Assembly (NCBI GenBank): GCA_030390025.1
Contig: CM059432.1
Span: 129,520,001-129,584,000 of the forward strand
From: Squalus acanthias
Lineage: Eukaryota
Length of the DNA: 64,000 nt
Direction of reading: 5' to 3'
Every line of letters begins with the position of its first letter. The first letter of the stretch is position 1. A model generated the notes under the pieces. That model did not search any database and was not told the origin of the DNA. It saw only the letters and a program-made list of their open reading frames with translations. A program made the position numbers and the translations under genes. Below are positions 24,682 to 37,032 of this stretch, in pieces.

Positions 24682-25765
24682 CTGTTTCTCTCTCCACAGA
24701 TGCTGCCTAACCTGCAGAGTGTTTCCAGCATTTTCTGTTTGTATTCTAGGTTCATATTGGGATGAATCTCAGAATGCAAATTATCGTAGCTATCTTTCAG
24801 TCTTTAACCAGCACCACTGAGCGGATTAACTGAACGTATCACCTTTGCCTTGTGATTTTAACAGAAAATGAAGAATCTTTCTCAAGTTGGGATGGAACTG
24901 CATGACATGAATGATACATGTGTGCAGTGTAGTGTTCTCTCCTTTTCTACTACGCTAAAATCCCAAGGAATTTGTTCACTGCAAATTGCAATCATATTGC
25001 CACTAGTAGTGCACCAAAATCCCCTTTTGTACCACCACTACCAAGAAATGCTAACGTAGTATTCGTCGTGTCAATCGATTAAATGCATGTCAAACCTGCT
25101 GCCTCCGCAGACATCCTTCTTGGGCGAAGACTGCCTAAAAAGCCAAGTCAAATGGCATATTTACAACAGAATGAATTAGTATCACCTCATATTCTCTCTT
25201 TTTTATTATTAAGCATTTTCTTTGACAAAGCTGAGAGTTATTCTTACAAGGGTTTCACTTCATTCCGTTCCTTTGTTGGAGCTTGACCTGGTGGGTGAAC
25301 TGAAACAAAGAGAGATCGTTCTTTTGATGACTGGGAGAGAATTTAATTTTTCCTAACACTTCGAAACTCCTTTCTGATTGGATTAGACTCTCCACTAAGG
25401 GAATTATGGGTCAATCTCCCCGATTCAGTTTGCGTGAATGGCGTTCTCAGAAAAAAAAAGGCGGTGAACTGGTATAAATGACCTAATGTAAATGGAAGGA
25501 AGAAATGTCTTAAATTGATGCTGCATTTCCCCAGTGATATGCCAAACACACATCTATGTTCCAACAGGTCAAGAAACTTCGCTAGTCTCGATATTTTGAT
25601 TCGTACAAAGTTTCTCCACAAAAATATACAACTGAAATTTACTCAGCCTTTTTATATTAAGAGGGAATAGTACTGCAGACAGGGGCAAAAAGTATTGAGT
25701 GACAGTGGGCAATGACCCCTCTGGGGATGGATTAACACATTTTAAAACATGTATTGCGACAAAGC

Positions 25766-27208
25766 GGGCCGGATTTTCCGATCGGAGGCTTCCTTCGTGC
25801 AGATGCCTCCGATCGGGAAAAATCTACGAACTTACCTGCTGGCTTCGTAGGTCCCGAGACTTCCGATCCTGGGCCTCTCCTGGTCCGCGCGCGTGCAGAG
25901 GCCCAGGTATCCCAGGGGCACAGGCAGTTCGCAGGCGTCCTTGGGATCACGTGGGCCATGGGGAACCAATCAAAGAAGGTAATCCCCCTTCACACTTTTG
26001 ACAGGTCTCTCGCGTAGATCTGTCGAAAGTATGAATGGGGATCACTTAAAAAAGTTAAACATTAAATAAATTTTAAAAAATCATCACGCATTTATGGCCC
26101 AGAAATTCGCCTCTCCGGCTTGCCGCGGGGGTAAGGATCGCGCGCGCACTTACCTACCGCGCCTGCCGTTGTGTTTTGGGCCCACGGGAACTTCAGCTCC
26201 TGGGCCTGCTTCAAGTGCCGGCGCGCAGTGCTTGCATGTCCCAGGGGCGCAGTTAGTGCGATGCGTCCCCTGGGATCACGTGGGCCATGGAGAGCCAATG
26301 GCAGCAGACCATCTTTCATTCATAGATTTGACAGGAGACCTGTCAAATCTGTGAATTGAAATCGGCCCCAAAAGAACAGCTAAACTTAAAATAATTTTTT
26401 TTTAAAACCCATCACATTTATAAAATAACTATAGTTAAATAAATTAACCACTTTAAACAAAAATTTTAATTTTTGAAAAAATTAAAATACTTTTTAAAAG
26501 TGATAAAAATAAACTTACCTTTCTTTAAAGTATCTAAAAAAGATAAACCTGTTGAATTTTTTTTAAAATTATACTTAATTAACCACTTACCTTGTTGAAA
26601 ACGGGTCCTGTGCCTCCTTTTTAATAGCATAGTTACTTCAATACTTACCCTCGTGTAGAAACCTGAAAAAAAATCTAAGTTTGCTGCGTGCGCGCAGCCT
26701 CTCCCGCGCACGCGGTTCACCTAGGAACCGCCCCCTTCACCAGACCGGAAGTTCCGGTTTCCCGCGCATGCACAGTGCATGAAGGAAACCGGCACTTCGG
26801 GACGCATTACGGGTGAGTACGGACTGTGTACTCACCCGGGAAGGGCCGAATCTTTGACCCATTAAATTAAATATTTTTAAACAAAAAATTTAATTTTTTG
26901 AAAAAAATAATTAAAGTTTTTTACGGGGCTAAAAATAAACTTACCTTTTTTAAAAGTATTTTAAAATTATAAATGAGTGAAATTTTTTTTATTTTTTTTA
27001 CTTTTTTAAACTCTTATGCTGGCAAAAGCAGGCCTTATGCCAGCTTTTACCAGGTGTAAGATTTTTAAAGGTTTTCAGAGGATTATTGACAGATCGGAAG
27101 TGCCGGTTTTCAGCGCATGCGCTTCGCATGCCTGAAACCGGCACTTGCGAGGCCCCTACGGGCGTGTACACACCTTGTACACACCCATGGGGGTGAAAAA
27201 TCCAGCCC
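25766..27208. mobile_element. Harbinger-type non-autonomous element (outer)
   Basis: TIR GGGCCGGATTTT / AAAATCCAGCCC; GC-rich subterminal hairpins, AT-rich middle. Confidence 0.75.
26095..26861. mobile_element. Related Harbinger-type element nested in 25766-27208
   Basis: TTA on both sides (26092-26094, 26862-26864); imperfect TIR TGGCCCAGAAATTCG / CGAATCTTTGACCCA; colinear homology with the host. Confidence 0.7.
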
Positions 27209-28382
27209 GCTATTTTCTCGAACAGGTCTATTTTTCATATACCTGCCACTAGGTCCCTGAACTTCATTGCGTGCATTATCAACAATCCACGATAATAATT
27301 TCCTATGCTGCATAATTGCATTATTCGAATTAAAAAATGCTGCTTTGAAGGCTGTTTGAACGTTAAATAGATGCAGGATGTCAGCAGAGCCGATTTATTC
27401 CACATTAAATGCAGATCCCATAAAAACTGGTTGGGTGAAACTTCACTCATGTGAAGGAATAATATAGCGCAGAAGACGAGTTTTCCTATATGTTGAAAAT
27501 TCTCGAGGAAATACAAACTGAGCTGTTATTCCAGTCATTTTTAATCATCCTTTAACACAATTCAGACTGCAGCAGAATCTTTGCATTGTGTTCAGAATTA
27601 GGATAAGCTTTTACGTTTTTATTCAAACAGCACTCAGAACAGAGATGCGTTGAACGTATTTGTTATTGCATTAGTCTATGGTCCAAATACTGAGAGTTAA
27701 GTGGGTAGCTTATTATGTGGAATATAATGCATGGGAAAATGTGTGAGACAGGTCAGGTTGTGCTAATCATGACTTTCAGGCCTTAAGTGGTTAAGCTGGT
27801 ATTCAGAATATTCCATTTTAATAAAAATCTGTTTATAAGGGTAGTGTAATTCAAAGAGAAAGGGTGTGCTTGTAGCAGTACTGCAGATGAATCAAAAAGG
27901 AATTGTGTTACTGAAATAGATGAAAATGCTAAAGTATGGAGTGAGGAGAATGCAAATTAGGCCATGGGGCAGAATATTGGTGGCGACAGAGATGACTCAG
28001 GCAAGAGAGGGAAATTCAGTAATGAACAGAGAAGATCGAAAAGTGAGGGATGTGGGGAGGGTGGGGCGGTGCGGGATCCCCTGTTGTGGTTTTTAATCAC
28101 GTTATACTGGTTTAGCAAGACTCTTTCGCAGTCCATGCTTAAATATGATGTTTAATAGGATTTCATCTTAGAACACCCTCCAGTTCTGCTGCAATAACTA
28201 AAGAAAAAGACACAGAACCGCCTGTCTGCATTAAATCACTTAGTAAATACCTTACAGCACTTTAAAAGTGTAGAGAAAAATGTTATGACTACAGCGAATG
28301 TCACCTATCAAAGAGTATAAAAGACGGGGGAAGGATGCATTTATTAGCACAAGGTTCCTATTCCACCACAGACGCTAAGCAT

Positions 28383-29172
28383 CATCATAGAAATTTACGG
28401 CACAGAAGGAGGCCATTCGACCCATTGTGTCTGTGCCGGCTGAAAAAAAGCTATCCGGCCTAATCCCACTTTCCAGCTCTTGGTCCGCAGCCCTGCAGGT
28501 TGCAGCACTTCAAGTGCATATCCAAGTACTTTTTAAATGTGATGCAGGTTTCTGCCTCTACCACCCTTTCAGGCAGTGAGTTCCAGACCCCCACCACACT
28601 CTGGGTGAAAAAAGTTCTCCTCAACTCCCATCTAATACTTGTACCCATTACTTTAAATCTATGCCCCTTGGATATTGACCTCTCTGCTAGGAGAAATAGG
28701 TCCTTCCTATCCACTCTGTCTAGGCCCCTCATAATGTTACACACCTCAATCAAGTCTCCCCTTAGCCTCCTCTGTTCCAAAGAAAACCACCCCAGCCTAT
28801 CCAATGTTTCCTCATAGCTAAAATTCTCCAGTCCTGGCAACATCCTGTACCCTCTCTAGTGCAATCACATCTTTCCTGTAATGTGGTGACTAGTACTGTA
28901 ACTAGTGTTTTATACAGTTCAAGCATAAACCCCCTTGGCTCTTGTATTCTGTGCCTCGGCTAATAAAGGAAAGTATTCCATATGTCTTCTTAACCACCTT
29001 ATCTACCTGTCCTGCTACCTTCAGGGATCTGTGGACATGCACTCCAAGGTCCCTCTGTTTCTCTACGCTTCTCAGTAACCTACCATTTATTGTGTATTCT
29101 CTTGCCTTGCTAGCCCTCCCCAAATGCATTACCTCACACTTCTCCGATTGAATTCCATTTGCCACTTTTCTA
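28383..29172 (-). mobile_element. CR1 3' fragment
   Basis: ORFs 28460-28843 and 28902-29165 (KCEVMHLG, RRLRGDLIEV, WNSLP). Confidence 0.9.
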
Positions 29173-29479
29173 CATGATCTGGGGCCGGTTATCCTTAGCC
29201 TTTAGATTAGGTAAACGTAAGAAATAAGAAATAGGAGCAGGAATAGGCCCCTCGAGCCTGCTCCGCCACAATTTGTTTGCATAGTTTTTGGGTTAAAAAA
29301 TACTTGAGTTGTGTTCTTCGAACGTTGCTTCTCTTCTTTTATCTGTGGCTTAAAAGTGGGCTATCATCACACAGAGGAGTTTTCAAACAGCTTTAGTTCC
29401 TGCAACAGTCACAGCTGAAAGCTCCACCCAAATGCTACCACATTAGTTGCTAGCGAATGTCTGCCTGCAGCAGATATTA

Positions 29480-29900
29480 TGGAGTGAATTTTAACTCTGT
29501 GGCGGGTGTTCTGTGGGAAACCACTTTGGCGAGTTGATTTCCGCCCGGCAGAGGTAGCAGGAGGCCAGGGCGGTTAACCTCATTTAAATCCCGCCGGTCT
29601 ACTTCCCACCCGGAACAGGCGTGAGGAGGACGTAGATGAAGTGGTCCTCGGCTTCTGGGGAGTGGTTTTTGGGAGGGTATCACAAGAGGAAAATGGGAGC
29701 GGGGGAAGAGTCTGGGGCAGGGGAGGTCGTGACGTTCCTTGTGAGGCACAAAGGAGCAGTCCTGCTTCTCTTGGCTGCACAAAGGAAAGGTTTAGACTTA
29801 ACTGAAGGGCCTCTTCTGTCTTAGACCAACTTCTTCTGTCTAGCGGGAAAGCTACAGCGGCTTCACCGTTCTGTTATGGTTTAAACTGGATCGGGATCCT
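29480..29900. mobile_element. Degenerate Harbinger-like MITE
   Basis: Starts GGAGTGAATTTTAAC; GGCGGG/CCCGCC-rich like the other elements; right end unclear. Confidence 0.35.
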
Positions 29901-29990
29901 ATTGATTGATTTACAAACTATACATGGGTAAAGCACCAAAGGTGATCGGTGGCATAAAACACTGTAATGACTCAGGTTCTACCCATGATT

Positions 29991-30425
29991 CAACAACAAC
30001 AACAACAACTTCTATTTATATAGCACCTTTAACATAATAAAATGTCCCAAGGCGCTTCACAGGAGTATTATAAGACAAAATAAAATTTGGCACCGAGCCA
30101 CATAAGGAGAAATTAGGGCAGGTGACCAAAAGCTCGGTCAAAGAGGTAGGTTTTAAGGAGCGTCTTAAAGAAGGAAAGAGAGGCAGAGTGGCGGAGAGGT
30201 TTAGGCGGGGAATTCCAGAGCTTAGGGCCTAGGCAACAGAAGGCACGGCCACCAATGGCTGAGCGATTAAACTCAGGGATGCTCAAGAGGGCAGAGTTAG
30301 AGGAGCGTAGATATCTCAGGGGGTTGGAGGAGATTACAGAGATAGGGAGGACCGAGGCCGTGGAGGGATCTGAAAACAAGGATGAGAATTTTGAAATCGA
30401 GGCGTTGCTTAACCGGGAGCCAATG
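29991..30425 (-). mobile_element. L2-clade LINE 3' fragment
   Basis: Minus translation GGRAFCCLGPKLWNSPP...FKTLLKTYLF; (TTG)n tail; 3' end shared with the Deu-SINEs. Confidence 0.8.
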
Positions 30426-30989
30426 CCATTCGATGAGGCAGCAAGTAGAGGCCATGCTTTTTCCCATAGGGAAAGAAGCAAGACAAAACTATACGATCAT
30501 GTCACCCGAGAAGCTATTGCTATTCTCCTGGTGAACAATTACAGAGTGGGATCAGCAAGAGATCTGCAAGCAAATTGCCCCATGCCCATCCTCTCGCCAA
30601 ACGAATGATGAGCTGCATATAGATACCTGAAAAGATAAGAAATGACCCCCAGACAAGAACAAAAAAAATAGGCAACACAAGACCTATCCAGACAATGTCC
30701 TTATAAGAACTTAGGTTCTGAAATTCTTCCTGTCTATACGTTTACTGAAAAAGGGGCATGGATATAAAACAGGAAATCCCAATTTGTACTCACAATGACA
30801 TTTTTGTTAAAATTATCAAAAGGAGGAACATTGCCCTCTTATAAATCGCACATTGGTGTGATTATATCACCAATTGCCTCATTGCATCTTTCTCACTTTA
30901 TTAACATGGGTACGTATCATCAGTATCCCTTTGAAGAAGTTAGAATCTGGGGACAGTGATGCCGAGTGCTTGCACACTAAAGCTCAGTA

Positions 30990-31345
30990 CAGGAAACTCT
31001 TTATTAACCGGCACCCAAATATCCGGAAATCTCTCTTAACCGGCAAAATTCTTGAGTAGGTAACCGGGGTTTTCCTTCATCTCTCGTTTAAAATTAACTT
31101 AAAAAAAAAACCCCGAGGCGTTTGCCTTGTATCGGAGCGTGTAGATTGGGAGGGGAATGTGCAGCCCGGGTAGGCAGCGGACACGACAGATGGTCAGCTG
31201 GCGGTCCCCGGGGAGATGGAGCTCCGAATGCAGGCGCATGTCAATGTGTACGGGGCTCTCGTACGTTGGGAGATATAACTCTCCGTTATCCGGACTTTTT
31301 GATTAACCGGCACCACGTCGGTGCCGGTTAATAAAGAGTTTCCTG
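30990..31345. mobile_element. Tc1/mariner (pogo/Tigger-like) MITE, 356 bp
   Basis: Perfect 26-bp TIR CAGGAAACTCTTTATTAACCGGCACC, TA TSD (30988-30989, 31346-31347), subterminal TTAACCGGCA repeats. Confidence 0.92.
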
Positions 31346-32129
31346 TACCACACAGTGGAGTTGGAGTCCCGGGCCACTTAGACCCTGATCTGACCAAGGA
31401 GTTGCTAGATGCACACTGGGGCATCTCCCAGCAGGGGTAGTGGGTGGGAAAGAAAAAAAACCACACCAAAAGTGAGACGTGACTGGATAGTCCATGGTAT
31501 TTCTGGGCTGATAGCCATGGGAGATTAGCAGCAGACTATGACCTACTCTCTCAACCGCAGGTATTGTACACAAATAATATCATTAGGGCAAAAAAATAGA
31601 ATCTGCTCTCAAATACAAATTGTCTTTCTTGGAAATGAATGGCTCCTGGCCTATCAATCAAGTTTTAGACTGTACGCAACCATGTACTAATGCAGTTAAA
31701 TGTACTAAACCAAGAGAACACTTGTTTCCAAGCCATGAAACATGATTGATAATCCACAAGTGGGGCAGACTTGATAACTCACAATTGACATAGACATGAA
31801 TGTGTTATTCAGCTTCATGAATGGAATATGAATCATATTTCATAGCTGGCCCATAGTATTGTTTTATGGCGCATTTAGTGGGTTTTCACTACTAAGCAAT
31901 TTTTACGAATATAGATATCACTAGTAGAGTTGGAGGAATGTTTTGCCATCTTCATGTTGCTGTTTTTCTCTCCAGCTTTCCTTTTCTGCCTCTCTCTGGC
32001 ATCTTTCATTCCTGTCCACCTCTTCTATTATTTCAGGAGGGATGTGGCGGGTCATCTGAGGGGGCTGTAGAGTGCTTACAATGTATTTGCAATTGGCCTA
32101 TGGCCTGCCTGCCTGCCAAACCCTGCTAC

Positions 32130-32575
32130 CTCTCTAAACCTTCATTTCACAATTACTGCTAATGCACTCTGTACATCATCCCTAACCCCCTCACCTACCA
32201 TGCTGTTTCCCCCTCACCCTCGGCCTCCTCACACCTCACCACGCCATCTCATTGTTACTTCTGCCTTCCTCTTTTCCCCGTCATCAAACTTTCCCTTCCA
32301 CCATGACCCCTACCCCGTCTCTTCATCTCCCCATCCTTACACTCCTACATCTTCTGCAAGTCTGCCTCTCCTCCCTCATCTACTCTCTCCGCTCCCCCTC
32401 CCACTCCTCCCTCTTTCCACTGCCTTTGACTGGCCTCGCCCATCTCTTCCCCTCTCTGCTTCTGCTGCCTCTCTGTCACACTCATCTTGATTGTCCTCCT
32501 CCTCCATTCCATCCCCTGCCCCTCTGCCTGTCCGTGCTATTCATCCCTCTCCCCTTCTTTCTTCCCATTCCCTAA
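32130..32575. repeat. C/T-rich low-complexity tract
   Basis: Strong pyrimidine bias without a fixed unit. Confidence 0.7.
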
Positions 32576-32638
32576 ACTTTAAAAACACCACAGAGGCTGG
32601 AAAAAGGCTTTTATCTTTTTTAAAAAAGGACTTTAAAT

Positions 32639-32826
32639 GTCAGCTTGGTTCAGTGATAGCACTTTTACCTTCACCTCTGAGTCAGAAGGCTGTGGGTTCA
32701 AGTCCCACTGCAGGATCTGAGCATATAATCCAGGTTGATGCTGCAGTGCAGTACCGAGGGAATACTGCGTCGTCAGAGGTGCTACCTTTCAGATAAGATG
32801 TTAAACCAAGGCTTCCTCTGCCTGTC
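32639..32826 (+). mobile_element. Partial Deu-domain SINE (5' part)
   Basis: tRNA-like head GTCAGCTTGGTTCAGTG...GGGTTCAAGTCCC plus start of core. Confidence 0.8.
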
Positions 32827-33934
32827 CAATAGTGGGGGAGGGGCGGTAGCCTGAGTTCCGAGGCCCAAACAAGCAGGCAAGAGGTGGCTTAAGGACCAGG
32901 GCAGAAGGGTGACAGGTGGTATCAAGAACATGGTCATCAGGTAAGCAGCGGTACAGGCCACTGGCCAGGATTAAGGAGAGAGGGTGGTTCTATGCATCAT
33001 ATGCCACTTAGGTGTTTTTAGGACTGAAAGATAAGTATAATGGGAAGTATAATATGAGCTTTAAACTAATAGATAGGCTCAACAAAAATAGCATAACAGA
33101 TAGCGTCATAAAGAAATGGTACCATAGGAAGATAAGTGTAATGCAAGCAACAAGTCTCAAAATTGTTAATATATTACAGATGAAGCCCTTTCGTTATTCC
33201 TCAATGTGCTATTTTGGTTGAACTGGTTCATTGTTGATGACATTGTAAAAAAATAGCTCAGAGGAGTTGCTATGCCTAGCGTTTGAGCAGGACCCAGGCA
33301 TTTTACCACAGGGAATAAAGAAAACACAGTCCAAATGAAATGATTATGAAGCACTCTGGGTTAATTAACAACTGTATCTAGGGGTGGTAATTGAATGCCT
33401 TCCCATTTACTAGCTTAACAACTCCTCCAAGCAAGTTTCCCTTAACAATGTCATCAACACTATTTAAACAAAAATGCCCACACATGCAAAGAAACATAAA
33501 TAATAATTGGATAATTAACCAATTTTAAAAGAGGACTTCTTTATCTCTCCCTCTCACTTTCCTGTCACACCCTGTCCCAGAAATACATTGTGTGAATTCC
33601 CCTGGTGGAAATTTATTGCAAAGTAGAAGCAACAACTCTCTTTGCTTTCAAGCTATTAAAACTCTCTAGGTCTATGGCTGTTAACTTTTTTATATATTTG
33701 TTGTTAAGATACTGGAACAGTAATACAGGAGATTTTAGGGGCAGGAGAAGGCAATTCGGTCCTACCAGCCCACCCCACTTCCCCACCTGATCTCAACCTC
33801 ACCTTCCCACATATCTTTCAAACACCTATTTGGTCCAGAAATATATCTAGTTCTTTTTTGAAACTCTTTATACTATGAGCTTCAATACCTAGATATCTCT
33901 TTCTTTATAGCTCTCTATAAATATCTATCTATCT

Positions 33935-34413
33935 GTTAGCCGTGGCTCAGTTGGTAGCACCCTCGCCTTCTGAGTCAGAGTCATAGAAGGTTGTGGGTTC
34001 ATAGTCCCACTACTGACACTTGAGCACAAATATCTAAGCTAACACTCCAGTGCCATACTGAGGGGGTGCTGCACTGTCGGAGGTGCTGTCTTTCGGATGA
34101 GATGTTAAACCAAGGCCCCGTCTGCTCTCAAGTGGACGTAAAAGATCCCATGACACTATTCCGAAGAAGAGCAGGGGAGTTATCTCTGGTGTCCTGGCCA
34201 ATATTTATCCGTCAATCAACATGCTAAAAACAGATTATCTGCTCACTATCACATTGCTGTTTGTGGGAGCTTGCTGTGCGCAAATTGGCTGCTGCATTTC
34301 CTACATTACAACAGTGACTACACTTTAAAAAGTACTTCATTGGCTGTAAAGCACTTTGAGATATCCGGTGGTCGTGAGAGGCGCTATATAAATGCAAGTC
34401 TTTCTTTTCTTTC
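33935..34413 (+). mobile_element. Full-length Deu-domain SINE
   Basis: A box TGGCTCAGTTGG, core, L2-like end, TTTC tail. Confidence 0.92.
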
Positions 34414-34419
34414 TACATA

Positions 34420-34971
34420 AGTTTCCACGCCCACCCCATCTCTCCCAATTGCCCGAACCCTCTTCCCCCCCCCATCTCCCGACCCCGCTTCCCAGTCTCC
34501 CTCTCTCCCAAGCCCCTGACCCCCCCTAGTCCACTGTGACTTTCTACCTACAAGCCCTGGTCATCCACTCTTCCCACCCCAGCTCTAATCCCCTGCCCCA
34601 TCTCTGTTCACCCTCTTCCAACCCAGCCCTGCACCGCTCCCTGCTCTGTCTCCCTCTCCCCCTTCCTTAGACACCCAGCTGTTTCCCCATTAGCCTGCAC
34701 CATTTCCGGTCCTCCCCAAGCAGGGATTAGCTCTCTGACATTGCACGATACTCTGTGGCAGCAGTTGCCAGGGGGTGGTGGGGGGGGGGGGGGGGATGGT
34801 GGTGGGTGTTGGGGGGTGACATCACTGAGCCAAAGGCTTTTCTGCTGTGACAGCCAGTGATATCGTGGAGTGGAGGGGGCAATGTTCTCGTGGGCTGCTG
34901 CCAACAGTGCCCAGGAGATTCGTGCCCCATTCTGAGAGACTCCCAGACAATCTGGGAGGGTTGGCAACCTT
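34420..34971. mobile_element. Possible hAT-like non-autonomous remnant
   Basis: Ends GGGTTGGCAACCT, resembling AGGGTTGCCA-type hAT termini; other end not found. Confidence 0.35.
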
Positions 34972-34974
34972 ATA

Positions 34975-35406
34975 ATGCCTATATTCTCTAGAGTTTAGAA
35001 GAATGAGAGGTGATCTAATTGAAACATATAAAATTCTTAAGGGGCTTGACAGGGTTAATGGTGAGAAAATGTTTCCCCTGGCTGGGGAATCTAGAACACG
35101 GGGTCACAATCTCAGAATAAGGGGTCAGCCATTTAGGACTGAGATGAGGAGAAATTTCTTCACTCAAAAGGTTGAGTGTCTATGGAATTCTCTGCCCCAG
35201 AGAGCTGTGGATGCTCAGTCATTGAGTATATTCAAGACAGAGGTCGATAGATTTTTGGGAACTAAGGGAATTAAAGGATATGGGGATAGTGCGAGAAGGT
35301 GGAGTTGAGGTAGAAGATCAGCCATGATCTTATTGAATGGCGGAGCAGGCTCAAGGGGCCGAATGGCCTACTCCTGCTCCTAATTCTTATGTTCTGATGT
35401 TCTTAT
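34975..35406 (+). mobile_element. CR1 3' fragment
   Basis: ORF 35003-35308 MRGDLIETYK...WNSLP; TTCTTATG tail. Confidence 0.92.
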
Positions 35407-35622
35407 AACCTAATGCAATTTCTTCACAGACCCCTTATCAGCCACACAGGACATTTGAAGGCTGGAAAACACCCTTCATTGGCTTAATGTCTCTGGGAGG
35501 GAGGAAAGCACAGTCATGATGAAGCCTTTAAAAGGCTGCAGCCAGTTAAAGGGCAACCTCAATTTTTTGAAAGGTGGCAGGCAAAGTAGATGTCGCGGAG
35601 GTCTCAGCAGCTGGAGAGAAAG

Positions 35623-36217
35623 GACGTATTTATACTCACGACCTCAGGACCTCCCAAAGTGCTTTACAGCCAATTAAGTACTTTTGAAGCGTAGTCACTG
35701 TTGTAATGTAGGAACTGTGACAGCCAGTTTGAGCACAATAAGGTCTCACAAACAGCAACAAGATAATGACCAGATAATCTGTTTTTTAGTGATGTTGTTT
35801 GAGGGATAAATATTGGCCAGGACACTGGGGTGAACTCCCCTGCTCTTAGAACATAAGAACATAATAAATAGGAGCAGTAGGCAGCCATTTGGCCCCTCGA
35901 GCCTGATGACAGACACAAACTATTTCTTTAATTTCTCTGCCATTTCCGTATTCTCCACTATAATTTCTCCTGTCTCAGCCTGTAAGGACCCACATTTACT
36001 GTCGCTAATCTTTTCCTTTTTACATACATATAGAAACTTTTACAGTCTGTTTTTATGTCTCTCGCTGTAGTGCCATGGAATCTTTTATGTCCACCCGAGA
36101 GCCTTGGTTGAACGTCTCATCCGAAAGACAGCACCTCTGACAATGCAGCACTCTCTCAGTACTGCACTGGGGTGTCAGGTTTTTGTGCTCAAGTCTCTGG
36201 GACTTGAACCCACAACC
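35623..36217 (-). mobile_element. Deu-domain SINE interrupted by an internally deleted CR1 (35848-36066)
   Basis: SINE halves flank a CR1 tail fused directly to a mid-ORF2 segment on the minus strand. Confidence 0.75.
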
Positions 36218-36398
36218 CCGTAAATTTACCAATGCTGCTGTGGAGGCGCTGTTAGCAGAATGGAGGGTCAGGAGGGACCGTCTAATGGACACTGAGGGCA
36301 GAAGGGCGATGGCAGAGGCATTCAATACAATGTCCACCACCCCATGAACTGCCACACAGTGAAGGAAGAGATTCAATGACCCCATAAGGGTGGTCAAA
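36217..36398 (+). pseudogene. Harbinger Myb/SANT-like exon remnant
   Basis: PRKFTNAAVEALL...RKRFNDPIRVVK followed by GTAAGT; homologous to exon 61760-61521; two in-frame stops. Confidence 0.7.
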
Positions 36399-37032
36399 GT
36401 AAGTCAAGGTTGTGGCGCTAATATACATCCTCTACCACTTTTACAGCTTCACTCATCTTTTTAATTATCATAGCCTTTCTCTTTCAGTATTTGAATGTGA
36501 CGTTCTTTATTCAAAACCGCTCTCACTACCTGCCACATGGGCTTCTGCTTGTCTTTAAGGGCAATCCATTTAAACAGGGTGTCTCCACTTCTCAACATCA
36601 TGGCATGCATGACCACATATGGAGGAAGTCTCCATAACACTCACAGGCCTGTAATATTGGCCAGGAATTTCCTCTGAGCTGTTCCTACTCCAGAAGTGAT
36701 CGTAAGTGCACCCCAGATACTACCATTCCATGGCAGAATTAATTGGATCCCCAAGACACTGCAAAAAAAAAATTAATGTTAAAAACATTACAAAGAATCA
36801 CATATATGCTCTGATTCCTTCGAAAAATCCGTCACTTTTCATTATACTGCGAGAAATCGGTAAAAAACCCCAAAGGCCATGGCAGGCAAGAGCTTGAAAA
36901 TAAAGCGTATAAAGACAGAATAGCTTCAACTACAGAATTAATGACAGCAGAAAAATTTGGAACAGCATAGAAAAAATGTTGGTATGCATTTCATTCTACA
37001 AGTGGATTGTGTTTTTAAATAGGTAATTAGGT

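Larger units (their letters stand above)
24120..24745 (+). mobile_element. Penelope-like element 3' end (GIY-YIG C-terminus plus pLTR, family A)
   Basis: RLGTLQPSALNIEFNIFRS* near 24125-24184 resembles the end of Penelope ORFs; followed by pyrimidine-rich pLTR with a hammerhead motif. Confidence 0.75.

Noticed and set aside
32200..32796. Pro/Ser/Leu-rich ORFs
   Set aside because: Artefacts of a stop-poor pyrimidine tract.
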